Notes under the pieces: generated by a model
What the model was told of the DNA's origin: nothing
Database searches by the model: none
What the model saw: the letters and a program-made list of their open reading frames with translations, nothing else
Origin: an uncultured Actinomycetes bacterium
GTDB lineage: Bacteria; Actinomycetota; Thermoleophilia; Solirubrobacterales; 70-9
Direction of reading: 5' to 3'
NCBI GenBank assembly: GCA_963720735.1
Contig: CAVRGL010000011.1
Location: forward strand, 17,632-81,631
DNA: 64,000 nucleotides
Position numbers and translations under genes: made by a program
Shown: one piece after another, positions 9,596 through 17,356 of the stretch
Position numbering within the stretch: position 1 is the stretch's first letter
Layout of the letters: every line of letters begins with the position of its first letter

Positions 9596-10624
9596 ATGCT
9601 CACCGAGCGCCAAGAGCTGATCCTGCGCCTGGTCGTCGACGCCCATCTGGAGTCGGGCAGGCCTGTCGGGTCGAAGATCATCTCCGAGCAGTCGGGGGTC
9701 GAGTGGGGGCCATCGACGGTGCGGGCGGAGCTGGCGGCGCTCGAGGAGGGCGGCTACCTGACCCATCCCCACACCTCGGCCGGACGGGTGCCAACCGACG
9801 CCGGCTACCGCAGCTACGTCGACTTCCTGCTCGAGTCGGGCTCGCTCCCGGCAAAGGGCCCGGGGGTCGAGCTGGAGCTCTCCGAGCTGCGGCGCGAGGT
9901 TGACGAGGCGATGCGGGAGACGACCACGGCGCTGGCCCAGGTCACCGACCTGATGGCGCTGGTGACGGCGCCGACGATCGAGTCGGCGACGATCCACCGG
10001 GTCGAGGTGCTGCGCCTGCAGCCGAACCTGGTGATGGTCGTTGTGATCACCTCGACCGGGTCGGTGACCAAGCGCGCCTTCAGCTTCGAGGGGACGGTCG
10101 ATCCGGGCCTGGCCGAGTGGGCCGGGAGCTACCTGAACGAATCGCTTGCCGGGACGGCCGTCGGCTCGCGGATGGTCGCCGGGAGGCTCGCCGACGACGA
10201 GCTGGGCACGACCGAGGCCAGCTTCATCGCCAGCCTCCACCCGGCGTTCACCCAGCTCGACCTCAACCGTGGCGAGACGCTCTACGTGGACGGCGCTGCG
10301 CGGCTGCTCTCCGAGGCGCATTTCGCCGATCTGCCCCAGGTCGACAAGCTGATGACGGCTCTCGAAGGACGCGCCAACGTTCTCGGGATGTTGCGCTCAG
10401 CGCTGGACCAGCGCTCCGTCTTCTTCTGGATCGGGGCCGAGAACCCCCAGCCGGAGCTGCGCTCGGTCAGCGTGGTCGGCGCGAACTACGGCCTCGGGCA
10501 TCGCAACCTGGGCTCGGTCGGGGTGGTCGGCCCGCTGCGGATGGACTACGCGAACGCGATCTCCTCGGTGCGTGAGGCGGCCCGGGAGCTCTCCCACTAC
10601 TTCGAAGACGTCTACGAGAGCTAG
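9596..10624 (+). CDS. hrcA: heat-inducible transcription repressor HrcA
   Basis: MLTERQELILRLVVDAHLESGRPVGSK..., 342 aa, followed by dnaJ. Confidence 0.95.
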   Translation: MLTERQELILRLVVDAHLESGRPVGSKIISEQSGVEWGPSTVRAELAALEEGGYLTHPHTSAGRVPTDAGYRSYVDFLLESGSLPAKGPGVELELSELRREVDEAMRETTTALAQVTDLMALVTAPTIESATIHRVEVLRLQPNLVMVVVITSTGSVTKRAFSFEGTVDPGLAEWAGSYLNESLAGTAVGSRMVAGRLADDELGTTEASFIASLHPAFTQLDLNRGETLYVDGAARLLSEAHFADLPQVDKLMTALEGRANVLGMLRSALDQRSVFFWIGAENPQPELRSVSVVGANYGLGHRNLGSVGVVGPLRMDYANAISSVREAARELSHYFEDVYES

Positions 10625-10635
10625 AAGCCGGATCA

Positions 10636-11751
10636 ATGCCGCGCGACTACTACGAGGTCCTCGGGGTCGGACGGGACGCCCCGCCCCAGGAGGTGAAGCG
10701 GGCCTTCCGCCGGCTGGCCCGCGAGCTTCACCCCGACGTAAACGCCCACGACCCCGAGGCCGAGGAGAAGTTCAAGGAAGCGGCGGAGGCCTACGAGGTC
10801 CTCTCCGACGCCGAGCAGCGCCGCACCTATGACGCCTACGGCCACGAGGGGCTGAGATCCGGAGGCTGGGCGCCGCGAAGCGCCGGGTTCGGCTCGATCG
10901 AGGACATCTTCCAGGCCTTCTTTGGCGGCGACGCGTTCGGGTTCGGGGGTGGCGGCCCGGCCGAGGGCGGCGACATCGGCGCGACGGTCGAGATCTCGCT
11001 CGAGGACGTGCTCGGCGGGATCCAGCGGGAGCTTGAGTTCGAGGCGGTGGCCGCCTGCGAGCATTGCAACGGCAACGGGGCCGAGCCGGGGACCCCGATC
11101 CACACCTGCGAGCGCTGTGGCGGCGCCGGGCAGCTGCGCCAGGTCACCCGTACGGCCTTCGGCCAGATGGTCCGCGCTGTGGTCTGCGACGAGTGCGGCG
11201 GGGACGGCAAGGTCGCGGAGACCCCGTGCCCGGAGTGCTCCGGGCGAGGTCGGGTCGCGCGGGTGCGCCGCTGGGACGTGGACATCCCGGCCGGGATCCA
11301 GGACGGCCAGCGGGTGCGGATCAACGGCGCCGGCCATGCCGGTGAGGCGGGCGGCAGGGCCGGCGACCTCTACGTCGAGGTCAGGGTCGCCGAGGACGAG
11401 CGCTTCCGGCGCGACGGCGACGACCTGATCAGCTTCGTCGATCTCGCCGCGACGGCGGCGATGATCGGCACCACGATCTCGGTCGAGACGCTCGACGGCA
11501 CCGAGCAGGTCGAGGTGGCGCCCGGGACCCAGCCGGGCTCCGAGTCGGTGCTTCGCGGCCGCGGGCTTCCCCGCCTCGGCGGCGGCAGGCGCGGAGACCA
11601 GCGTCTGGTCTTTCACGTGATCGTCCCCTCGAACCTCTCCGAGGAGCAGCATCGGATCGCCACGCAGCTCGAGCAGACGATCGGCCCCGAGAATCTCCAG
11701 TCCGAGGACGGAGGCGGGATCTTCTCGCGGGTTCGCCGGGCCTTCGGTTGA
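10636..11751 (+). CDS. dnaJ: molecular chaperone DnaJ
   Basis: J domain (DYYEVLGV...HPD), a Gly-rich linker and four CxxCxG zinc-finger motifs. Confidence 0.95.
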   Translation: MPRDYYEVLGVGRDAPPQEVKRAFRRLARELHPDVNAHDPEAEEKFKEAAEAYEVLSDAEQRRTYDAYGHEGLRSGGWAPRSAGFGSIEDIFQAFFGGDAFGFGGGGPAEGGDIGATVEISLEDVLGGIQRELEFEAVAACEHCNGNGAEPGTPIHTCERCGGAGQLRQVTRTAFGQMVRAVVCDECGGDGKVAETPCPECSGRGRVARVRRWDVDIPAGIQDGQRVRINGAGHAGEAGGRAGDLYVEVRVAEDERFRRDGDDLISFVDLAATAAMIGTTISVETLDGTEQVEVAPGTQPGSESVLRGRGLPRLGGGRRGDQRLVFHVIVPSNLSEEQHRIATQLEQTIGPENLQSEDGGGIFSRVRRAFG

Positions 11752-12575
11752 TCAGGCTGGCGGTCAGGTGCCGGCCAAAGCAGGCCGACACCGTCCTCGC
11801 CGAGCTGACCGTGCTCGCCCCGAACGGGGTCGAGGAGGAGCGCGGTCCGGGATACGTCGAGTACGCGATCTACGGCGGCGAGGGCGAGCTTCCCGACGTC
11901 GGCCTGCTCGAGGCCGTCGCCGGCGAGGGACTGGTCGAGGTCAGCGCCGCCGAGGTGCCTGACGACTGGGCCGACCGCTGGCAGGACTTCCACAAGCCGC
12001 TGCTGGTCGGCGAGGTCCTCTGGCTCCGCCCTTCCTGGGAGGAGGCGCGCGACGACGCGATCGACATCGTCGTCGATCCCGGCCAGGCGTTTGGGACCGG
12101 CGCTCACCCGACCACCCGGCTCTGCCTCGAGCTGCTGGTCGAGCACGATCGGGCCGGTGGGCGGAAGGGCGGGCTGAGCGACCTCGGCACGGGCTCCGGC
12201 GTGCTCGCGATCGCCGCCGCCAAGCTCGGCTGGAGCCCGGTCAAAGGCTACGAGCACGAGCGGCCCGCGCTCGACTCGGCGGCGGCGAACGCGGCCGCGA
12301 ACCGGGTTGCGCTCGACCTCGAGCTGCTCAACCTGCGCAGCGACCTACCCGAGCTCGAGGAGACGGTTGTCGCCAACCTGACGGCGCCGGTGCTGCTCGC
12401 GGTGGCCGAGCGCCTCAGCGGCCGGGCGGCGCCGCGGACCCTGATCTGCTCGGGGCTGCTGCCGGAAGAGTGCGATCCTCTCAGCGCGGCCTTCTCCGAG
12501 GCCGGCCTCTCCGAGACGGTGCGCCGCCGGCAGGGCGATTGGGCTGCACTGTTGATGCGAAGCGCCGCTGGCTGA
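11748..12575 (+). CDS. prmA: ribosomal protein L11 methyltransferase-like
   Basis: ...VVDPGQAFGTGAHPTTRLCLELL...DLGTGSGVLAIAA... TTG start overlaps the dnaJ stop. Confidence 0.85.
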   Translation: MIRLAVRCRPKQADTVLAELTVLAPNGVEEERGPGYVEYAIYGGEGELPDVGLLEAVAGEGLVEVSAAEVPDDWADRWQDFHKPLLVGEVLWLRPSWEEARDDAIDIVVDPGQAFGTGAHPTTRLCLELLVEHDRAGGRKGGLSDLGTGSGVLAIAAAKLGWSPVKGYEHERPALDSAAANAAANRVALDLELLNLRSDLPELEETVVANLTAPVLLAVAERLSGRAAPRTLICSGLLPEECDPLSAAFSEAGLSETVRRRQGDWAALLMRSAAG

Positions 12576-12602
12576 CCCGTCCAGCGACTATCTTTCGCCG
12601 CC

Positions 12603-13106
12603 ATGAGCGGCCTGGCCCTGGCGGTGACCACCTACCAGCTCTCGGTGTTCGTCCACGTCACCGCGGTCATGGTCGGGTTCGGGGCGACTTTCGCCGAGTC
12701 GATCGCCTTCCCGGTGGCGATGAAGCTCGACCCCCGGCATCTGCCCTACGTGCATCGGCTCCAGCTGGCGATCAACCGCTACTTCGCCACGCCCGCCCTG
12801 GTGATCGTCCTGCTCACCGGCATCTACCAGGTCGACAAGCTCGACTGGGGCTTTGACTCGGCCTGGGTCAGCGGCGCCTTCCTGATCGTGATCGTGATCG
12901 GGGGCCTGCTCGGGGGCTACTTCATCCCGACCGATCGCCGCCTCGGCTCGATGGTCGAGAAGGAGATCAGGGCCGCGGGGGACGGCGAGCTGGTCCTCTC
13001 CGAGGAATACCAGCGCCAGGCCAGGATCGAGGGGATCGTCGGGACAGTGACCGGCATCCTGCTGGTCGTCGCCGTCTACCTGATGGTGGTCAAGCCTGGG
13101 GCCTGA
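12603..13106 (+). CDS. DUF2269-like integral membrane protein
   Basis: 167 aa with four hydrophobic helices. The family call is from memory only. Confidence 0.5.
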   Translation: MSGLALAVTTYQLSVFVHVTAVMVGFGATFAESIAFPVAMKLDPRHLPYVHRLQLAINRYFATPALVIVLLTGIYQVDKLDWGFDSAWVSGAFLIVIVIGGLLGGYFIPTDRRLGSMVEKEIRAAGDGELVLSEEYQRQARIEGIVGTVTGILLVVAVYLMVVKPGA

Positions 13107-13110
13107 GGAC

Positions 13111-14004
13111 ATGACCTGCGGCGGCTGCGCCGCCTTACATGCCTTTGCCGGCGCTAACACCGCGCCGGCAAAAGAAACCGAGGCGCACCTGAGCCCCCGG
13201 GACCTGCCGATCGCCGTCTTCGACTCCGGCGTCGGCGGCCTCACCGTCCTGCACGAGTGCCTCGTCTCGCTGCCGGCGGAGGACTTCCTCTACCTCGGCG
13301 ACAGCGCCCGCTTCCCCTACGGGACGAAGCCGGCGGCGGAGCTGCGCGAGCGCGTCCGCGAGGTCTCCGCCTTCCTGCTCGAAAGGGGCTCGAAGCTGCT
13401 GGTGATCGCCTGCAACTCGGCCACCGCGGCGGGCGCCGCGACGGCGCGGGAGGTGGCGGCCGAGCACGGGGTGGAGGTGGTCACCGTGGTCGACCCCGAG
13501 GCCGAGATCGCAGCGGCGATCACCGGGAATGGACGGGTCGGGGTTCTGGCGACGCCCGCCACCGTCGAGGGAGGCGCCTATCGCCGGGCCCTGGAGCGTC
13601 AGGGCCGGGCCCTGGAGGTGACCGAGGTCGCCGCCCCCGACCTTGCGCCGATCATCCAGCACGGCTTCCCCTTCGATCAGAGCGTGATCGAGACGGTGCG
13701 CTCCTACTGTCGCCCGCTGAAGCGGGCAGAGGTGGACACGCTGATCCTCGGCTGCACCCACTACCCGCTGGTCGCGCCGATGCTGCAGCGGATGCTCGGC
13801 CGCGACGTACGCCTGGTGACCGCGGGCCATGCGGTCGCGGGCGCCGCTCAGCGACACCTCGAGGCGGCGGGGCTGGAGAGCCGCGCGGCCGAGGAGGGCG
13901 ACTACCGCTTCCTCTGCACCGGCGACATCGTCTCCTTCAGCGAGCTCGGCACGCGATTCCTGCAGATGCCCCTCGCCGGGCGGATCGAGCAGGTCCGAAT
14001 CTAG
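13111..14004 (+). CDS. murI: glutamate racemase (start uncertain, see findings)
   Basis: ...IAVFDSGVGGLTVL..., ...LVIACNSATA..., ...LGCTHYPL... are the two catalytic Cys motifs. Confidence 0.9.
   Translation: MTCGGCAALHAFAGANTAPAKETEAHLSPRDLPIAVFDSGVGGLTVLHECLVSLPAEDFLYLGDSARFPYGTKPAAELRERVREVSAFLLERGSKLLVIACNSATAAGAATAREVAAEHGVEVVTVVDPEAEIAAAITGNGRVGVLATPATVEGGAYRRALERQGRALEVTEVAAPDLAPIIQHGFPFDQSVIETVRSYCRPLKRAEVDTLILGCTHYPLVAPMLQRMLGRDVRLVTAGHAVAGAAQRHLEAAGLESRAAEEGDYRFLCTGDIVSFSELGTRFLQMPLAGRIEQVRI
13116..13173 (-). repeat. diverged single copy (inverted orientation) of the 68-bp element found in tandem at 22944-23206
   Basis: CTGCGGCGGCTGCGCCGCCTTACATGCCTTTGCCGGCGCTAACACCGCGCCGGCAAA aligns with the reverse complement of the array unit. 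It contains a perfect 11-bp stem TTTGCCGGCGC/GCGCCGGCAAA (13144-13172). Confidence 0.8.
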
Positions 14005-14205
14005 CGCCGCCTCCTCCGCTCCGCGAGAGCCCGCACCCAGAATCACCGGCTATCTGCGGGTTCTCGCTCCGCGTCCGGGGGCGGCTTTCTCGCCAGCTAA
14101 CCCCGTCCTTCCGCAAACCGTCGCACGCCCGGACGCGGGAGCGAGGCCCGACAGCATCATTTGACTCTGAGTGTCGGGCCTCGCGGGAGCGGAGGACGTG
14201 CGGCG
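14005..14205 (+). other. candidate structured element (three abutting hairpins closed by a long-range stem); RNA or DNA role unknown
   Basis: Hand-checked pairings: 14012-14022/14186-14196 and 14005-14010/14200-14205 (closing stem); 14023-14035/14055-14067 (13 bp, one G.U); 14069-14079/14128-14138 (11 bp); 14141-14152/14173-14184 (12 bp). Confidence 0.4.
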
Positions 14206-14232
14206 CACTTCTATCCGAGATAATCGCGATCG

Positions 14233-14583
14233 ATGTCGGAGGCGAACGTGGAGATCGTGCGCGAGGCCTTCGCCGCCTACAACCGGGGCGATATCGATGA
14301 GTCGCTGAAGCATCTCGCGCCCGATGCGGAGATGGACTGGTCGCGCGCCGAGGGACCGTACCGTGGCGTCTACGCCTCCGATCAGGTTCGGCGGTTCATG
14401 GACGACTACACCGCGGCCTTCGAGTCGGTGCGGATCGAGACCGGCGAGCTGATCGACGCCGGCGAGAACGTCGTGGTCCCACTCACCTTCCACGTCCGGG
14501 GTCGCGACGGGCTCGAGGCGACGGCGGACAGCCTGCAGGTGTGGACGATCGAGCAGGGGAAGGTCGCGCGGGTGTGCCTGTAA
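14233..14583 (+). CDS. SnoaL-like / NTF2-fold protein (paralog B, apparently truncated by an in-frame TAA)
   Basis: MSEANVEIVREAFAAYNRGDID... The family-typical tail continues in frame after the stop codon. Confidence 0.6.
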   Translation: MSEANVEIVREAFAAYNRGDIDESLKHLAPDAEMDWSRAEGPYRGVYASDQVRRFMDDYTAAFESVRIETGELIDAGENVVVPLTFHVRGRDGLEATADSLQVWTIEQGKVARVCL

Positions 14584-14638
14584 CAGGAGCGCGAAGAGGC
14601 GCTGGACGCCGCCGGGCTGGGGCCTTAGGCTGGCCGGC

Positions 14639-15067
14639 ATGCCGATCCGGGGGCTCCACCACGTCGACCTGGCGGTCAGCGACGTCGAGCGCTCGCTCGA
14701 GTTCTATCTGGGCCTGCTCGGTCCGCTCGGCGCCGAGGAGTACGCGCGCTACCCGGCCTACAGGGGGACCGAGGAGGTCGTCTATCTGAGCCTCGGCGGC
14801 GAGCCGGCGCTCGGGCTCCGGCCCGCGGATGGCGGCGAGCACCGCTACTACGAGGTCGGGATCGAGCACCTGGCGATCTTCGTCGACAGCCGTCGGGAGG
14901 TCGACGAGGCCTATGAGCGCTGCCTCGAGCTCGGCGCCAAGGTCCACTTCCCGCCCCAGGAGGACCGCGACGAGCCCAACTACTGGGCGCTGTTCGTCTT
15001 CGATCCCGATGGCATCCGCGTCGAGGTGGCCCACTGGCCACGGGAGAGCGACTCCCCTGGGGCTTGA
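14639..15067 (+). CDS. VOC (glyoxalase/bleomycin-resistance/dioxygenase) family protein
   Basis: MPIRGLHHVDLAVSDVERSLEFYLGLLG...GIEHLAIFV... Confidence 0.8.
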   Translation: MPIRGLHHVDLAVSDVERSLEFYLGLLGPLGAEEYARYPAYRGTEEVVYLSLGGEPALGLRPADGGEHRYYEVGIEHLAIFVDSRREVDEAYERCLELGAKVHFPPQEDRDEPNYWALFVFDPDGIRVEVAHWPRESDSPGA

Positions 15068-15101
15068 CCCGCTCGGGACCGAGCGGTAGATACTTCGAGC
15101 C

Positions 15102-15530
15102 GTGTCGCAGGAAAACGTCGATTTCGTCAAGGGGCTCTACGACGGCGTCGAGGCGATGGACAAGGAGCAGCTGCTCGAGGCCCTGCCGGAGCTGATCCGG
15201 CAGACCTGCGATCCGGAGATCGAGTGGATCGAAGACCCGAAGCGGGCCGACTCGCAGACCTACAGGGGTCACGATGGAGTGGTCGCCTCCTGGGAGCGCT
15301 GGCTCGACGGGTTCGACCGCTACGGCGCCGTGCTCGATCGCGTGGTCGATGCAGGAGACCGGGTCTTCGTCTGCGCGCGGGAGGAGGGCAGGGGGGCGAT
15401 CAGCGGAGTCACCGTCGGCGACTCGATCTACCAGGTGCTCACCTTCCGCGACGGAAAGGTGCTGCGCTACCAGGAGTTCTACGACGAGGCGGACGCCCTG
15501 GAGGCCGCGGGCCTCTCCTCGGGCGGCTGA
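15102..15530 (+). CDS. SnoaL-like / NTF2-fold protein (paralog C)
   Basis: MSQENVDFVKGLYDG...FRDGKVLRYQEFYDEADALEAAGL. Confidence 0.6.
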   Translation: MSQENVDFVKGLYDGVEAMDKEQLLEALPELIRQTCDPEIEWIEDPKRADSQTYRGHDGVVASWERWLDGFDRYGAVLDRVVDAGDRVFVCAREEGRGAISGVTVGDSIYQVLTFRDGKVLRYQEFYDEADALEAAGLSSGG

Positions 15531-15577
15531 TCCCGAAGCGGATCCGCGCGGCCCGCCCGAGGATCTAGGCTTTCCCC

Positions 15578-16018
15578 ATGAGCGACGAGACGATCCTCGA
15601 GCGAGTTCAAGCCGACGTGCGTGCGGCGATGAAGGCGGGTGAGCGGGAGCGCGTCGGCGCGCTGCGGCTGGTCGTCGACGCGCTCCAGCAGGACGCCAAG
15701 CTCGGCAAGGGGGACGAGCTCGCCGTTCTTCAGAGGGAGCGCAAGAAGCGGCTGGAGGCAGGCGACGCCTTCGAGCAGGGCGGCCGCCCCGATCAGGCGG
15801 CGGCCGAGCGGCTCGAGGCGGAGATGATCGAGGCCTACCTGCCGGACCAGCTCTCCGACGAGGAGCTGGGGGAGATCGCGCAGAAGGCGATCGACGAAGC
15901 CGGGGCGAGCGAGCAGCGCGAGATGGGAAAGGTGATGGCGCTGGCGATGCCGGCGGTCGGCGGCCGGGCCGACGGCAAGCGGGTCAGCCAGGCGGTGCGG
16001 GAGCGGCTTGGCTCGTAG
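15578..16018 (+). CDS. GatB/YqeY domain protein
   Basis: ...ILERVQADVRAAMKAGERERVGALRLVVDALQ...MGKVMALAMP... Confidence 0.85.
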   Translation: MSDETILERVQADVRAAMKAGERERVGALRLVVDALQQDAKLGKGDELAVLQRERKKRLEAGDAFEQGGRPDQAAAERLEAEMIEAYLPDQLSDEELGEIAQKAIDEAGASEQREMGKVMALAMPAVGGRADGKRVSQAVRERLGS

Positions 16019-16967
16019 GCAGCTGACCCTGGAGAACACCGTCGCCGCCGAGCTTGCGGGATCCGAGGATGCGGTGATCCGGGCCCTGCGCGGGCACCTG
16101 GGCTGCGATCTTCACCTGCGAGGCAACATCCTCACCCTTGACGGAGCCGACGGAGACGTGCAGACCGCGGCGACCGTGGTCGACGAGCTGGTCGAGCTGA
16201 TCGAGCAGGGCCACGAGATCGCTCCCGGGACGATCGAGGCGGTGACCGGGGCACTCGATGCGCACGAGAGCCCGGTGGCGATCCTCGAGGACGTCGTCTG
16301 GCGGCACCGCAACACCAAGGTGTCGCCGAAGACGCTCAACCAGAAGCGCTACGTCGACTCGATCCGCGACCACACGATCACCTTCGGCATCGGGCCGGCG
16401 GGGACGGGCAAGACGTTCCTCGCTGTGGCGATGGCGGCGGCGGCGCTGGCCGAGCGCGAGGTGCAGCGGATCATCCTCACCCGGCCGGCGGTCGAGGCGG
16501 GGGAGAGGCTCGGGTTCCTGCCCGGCGACATCCAGGCGAAGGTCGACCCGTATCTGCGCCCTCTGTTCGATGCCCTCTACGACATGCTCGACCCGGATCG
16601 GGTCAACGGCTACTTCGACCGCGGGGTGATCGAGGTGGCGCCGCTGGCCTTCATGCGGGGTAGAACGCTCAATGACTCCTTCGTGATCCTCGACGAGGCC
16701 CAGAACACCAGCCCCGAGCAGATGAAGATGTTCCTGACGCGGCTCGGCTTCAACTCGCGGATGGTGGTCACCGGCGACATCACCCAGATCGACCTCCCCG
16801 CCGAACAGCGCTCCGGGCTGATCGTCGTCCGCGAGATCCTCGAGCAGGTGCAAGACATCTCCTTCATCCACTTCGGCGGCGAGGACGTCGTCCGCCACAA
16901 ACTGGTGCAACGGATCGTCGCCGCCTACGGCGAGCATGCCGAGCGCGAGCGTCCCGGCGGCGATTGA
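16008..16967 (+). CDS. phoH: PhoH-like ATPase
   Basis: ...GIGPAGTGKTFLAVAMA...ILTRPAVEAGERLGFLPGD...LDEAQN... Followed by ybeY. Confidence 0.95.
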   Translation: MARRQLTLENTVAAELAGSEDAVIRALRGHLGCDLHLRGNILTLDGADGDVQTAATVVDELVELIEQGHEIAPGTIEAVTGALDAHESPVAILEDVVWRHRNTKVSPKTLNQKRYVDSIRDHTITFGIGPAGTGKTFLAVAMAAAALAEREVQRIILTRPAVEAGERLGFLPGDIQAKVDPYLRPLFDALYDMLDPDRVNGYFDRGVIEVAPLAFMRGRTLNDSFVILDEAQNTSPEQMKMFLTRLGFNSRMVVTGDITQIDLPAEQRSGLIVVREILEQVQDISFIHFGGEDVVRHKLVQRIVAAYGEHAERERPGGD

Positions 16968-17356
16968 GCCCTGATCTCGACGACGTCCCGCCGGGGCTCC
17001 GCGACGCGGTTGCCGCGGCGCTGGCGACGGCCGGCGTCGAGGACGGCCACATCGCGGTCGAGATCGCCGGCGCCGAGCGGATCGCGGAGCTCAATCGCAG
17101 CCATCGCGGCGTCGAGGGTCCCACGGACGTGCTCGCCTTCCCGCTCGATCTGGACCGGCCGGTCGCCGGCCCGCGCGAGCTCGGGGACGTGGTCATCTGC
17201 CCCGAGCACTGCGAGGACGTGGTCGAGGCAGCGGTCCATGGCACCCTCCACCTCTGCGGCTTCGACCACGCGCGGGATGATGGCGAGATGCTGGCGCTAC
17301 AGGCCGAGGTGATGGCGATCCTCGCTGAGCGTGGAGCCTCGGAGAGGGGCTCGTGA
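16964..17356 (+). CDS. ybeY: rRNA maturation RNase YbeY
   Basis: ...TDVLAFPL... and HGTLHLCGFDH (the zinc-binding H..H.....H motif). Confidence 0.9.
   Translation: MSPDLDDVPPGLRDAVAAALATAGVEDGHIAVEIAGAERIAELNRSHRGVEGPTDVLAFPLDLDRPVAGPRELGDVVICPEHCEDVVEAAVHGTLHLCGFDHARDDGEMLALQAEVMAILAERGASERGS

Noticed and set aside
9549-10640. CIRCE operator (TTAGCACTC-N9-GAGTGCTAA) expected near hrcA/dnaJ
   Set aside because: I read the regions upstream of hrcA and dnaJ on both strands and found nothing resembling the CIRCE inverted repeat. HrcA targets (groES/groEL) are presumably elsewhere in the genome.
14005-14205. Cloverleaf-like fold, which might be a tRNA or tmRNA-like gene
   Set aside because: At about 200 nt with 11 to 13-bp arms it is far too large for a tRNA. 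I found no T-loop GTTCRANNC motif in the right context, no anticodon-arm geometry and no CCA-adjacent acceptor. I kept it as an unclassified structured element instead.
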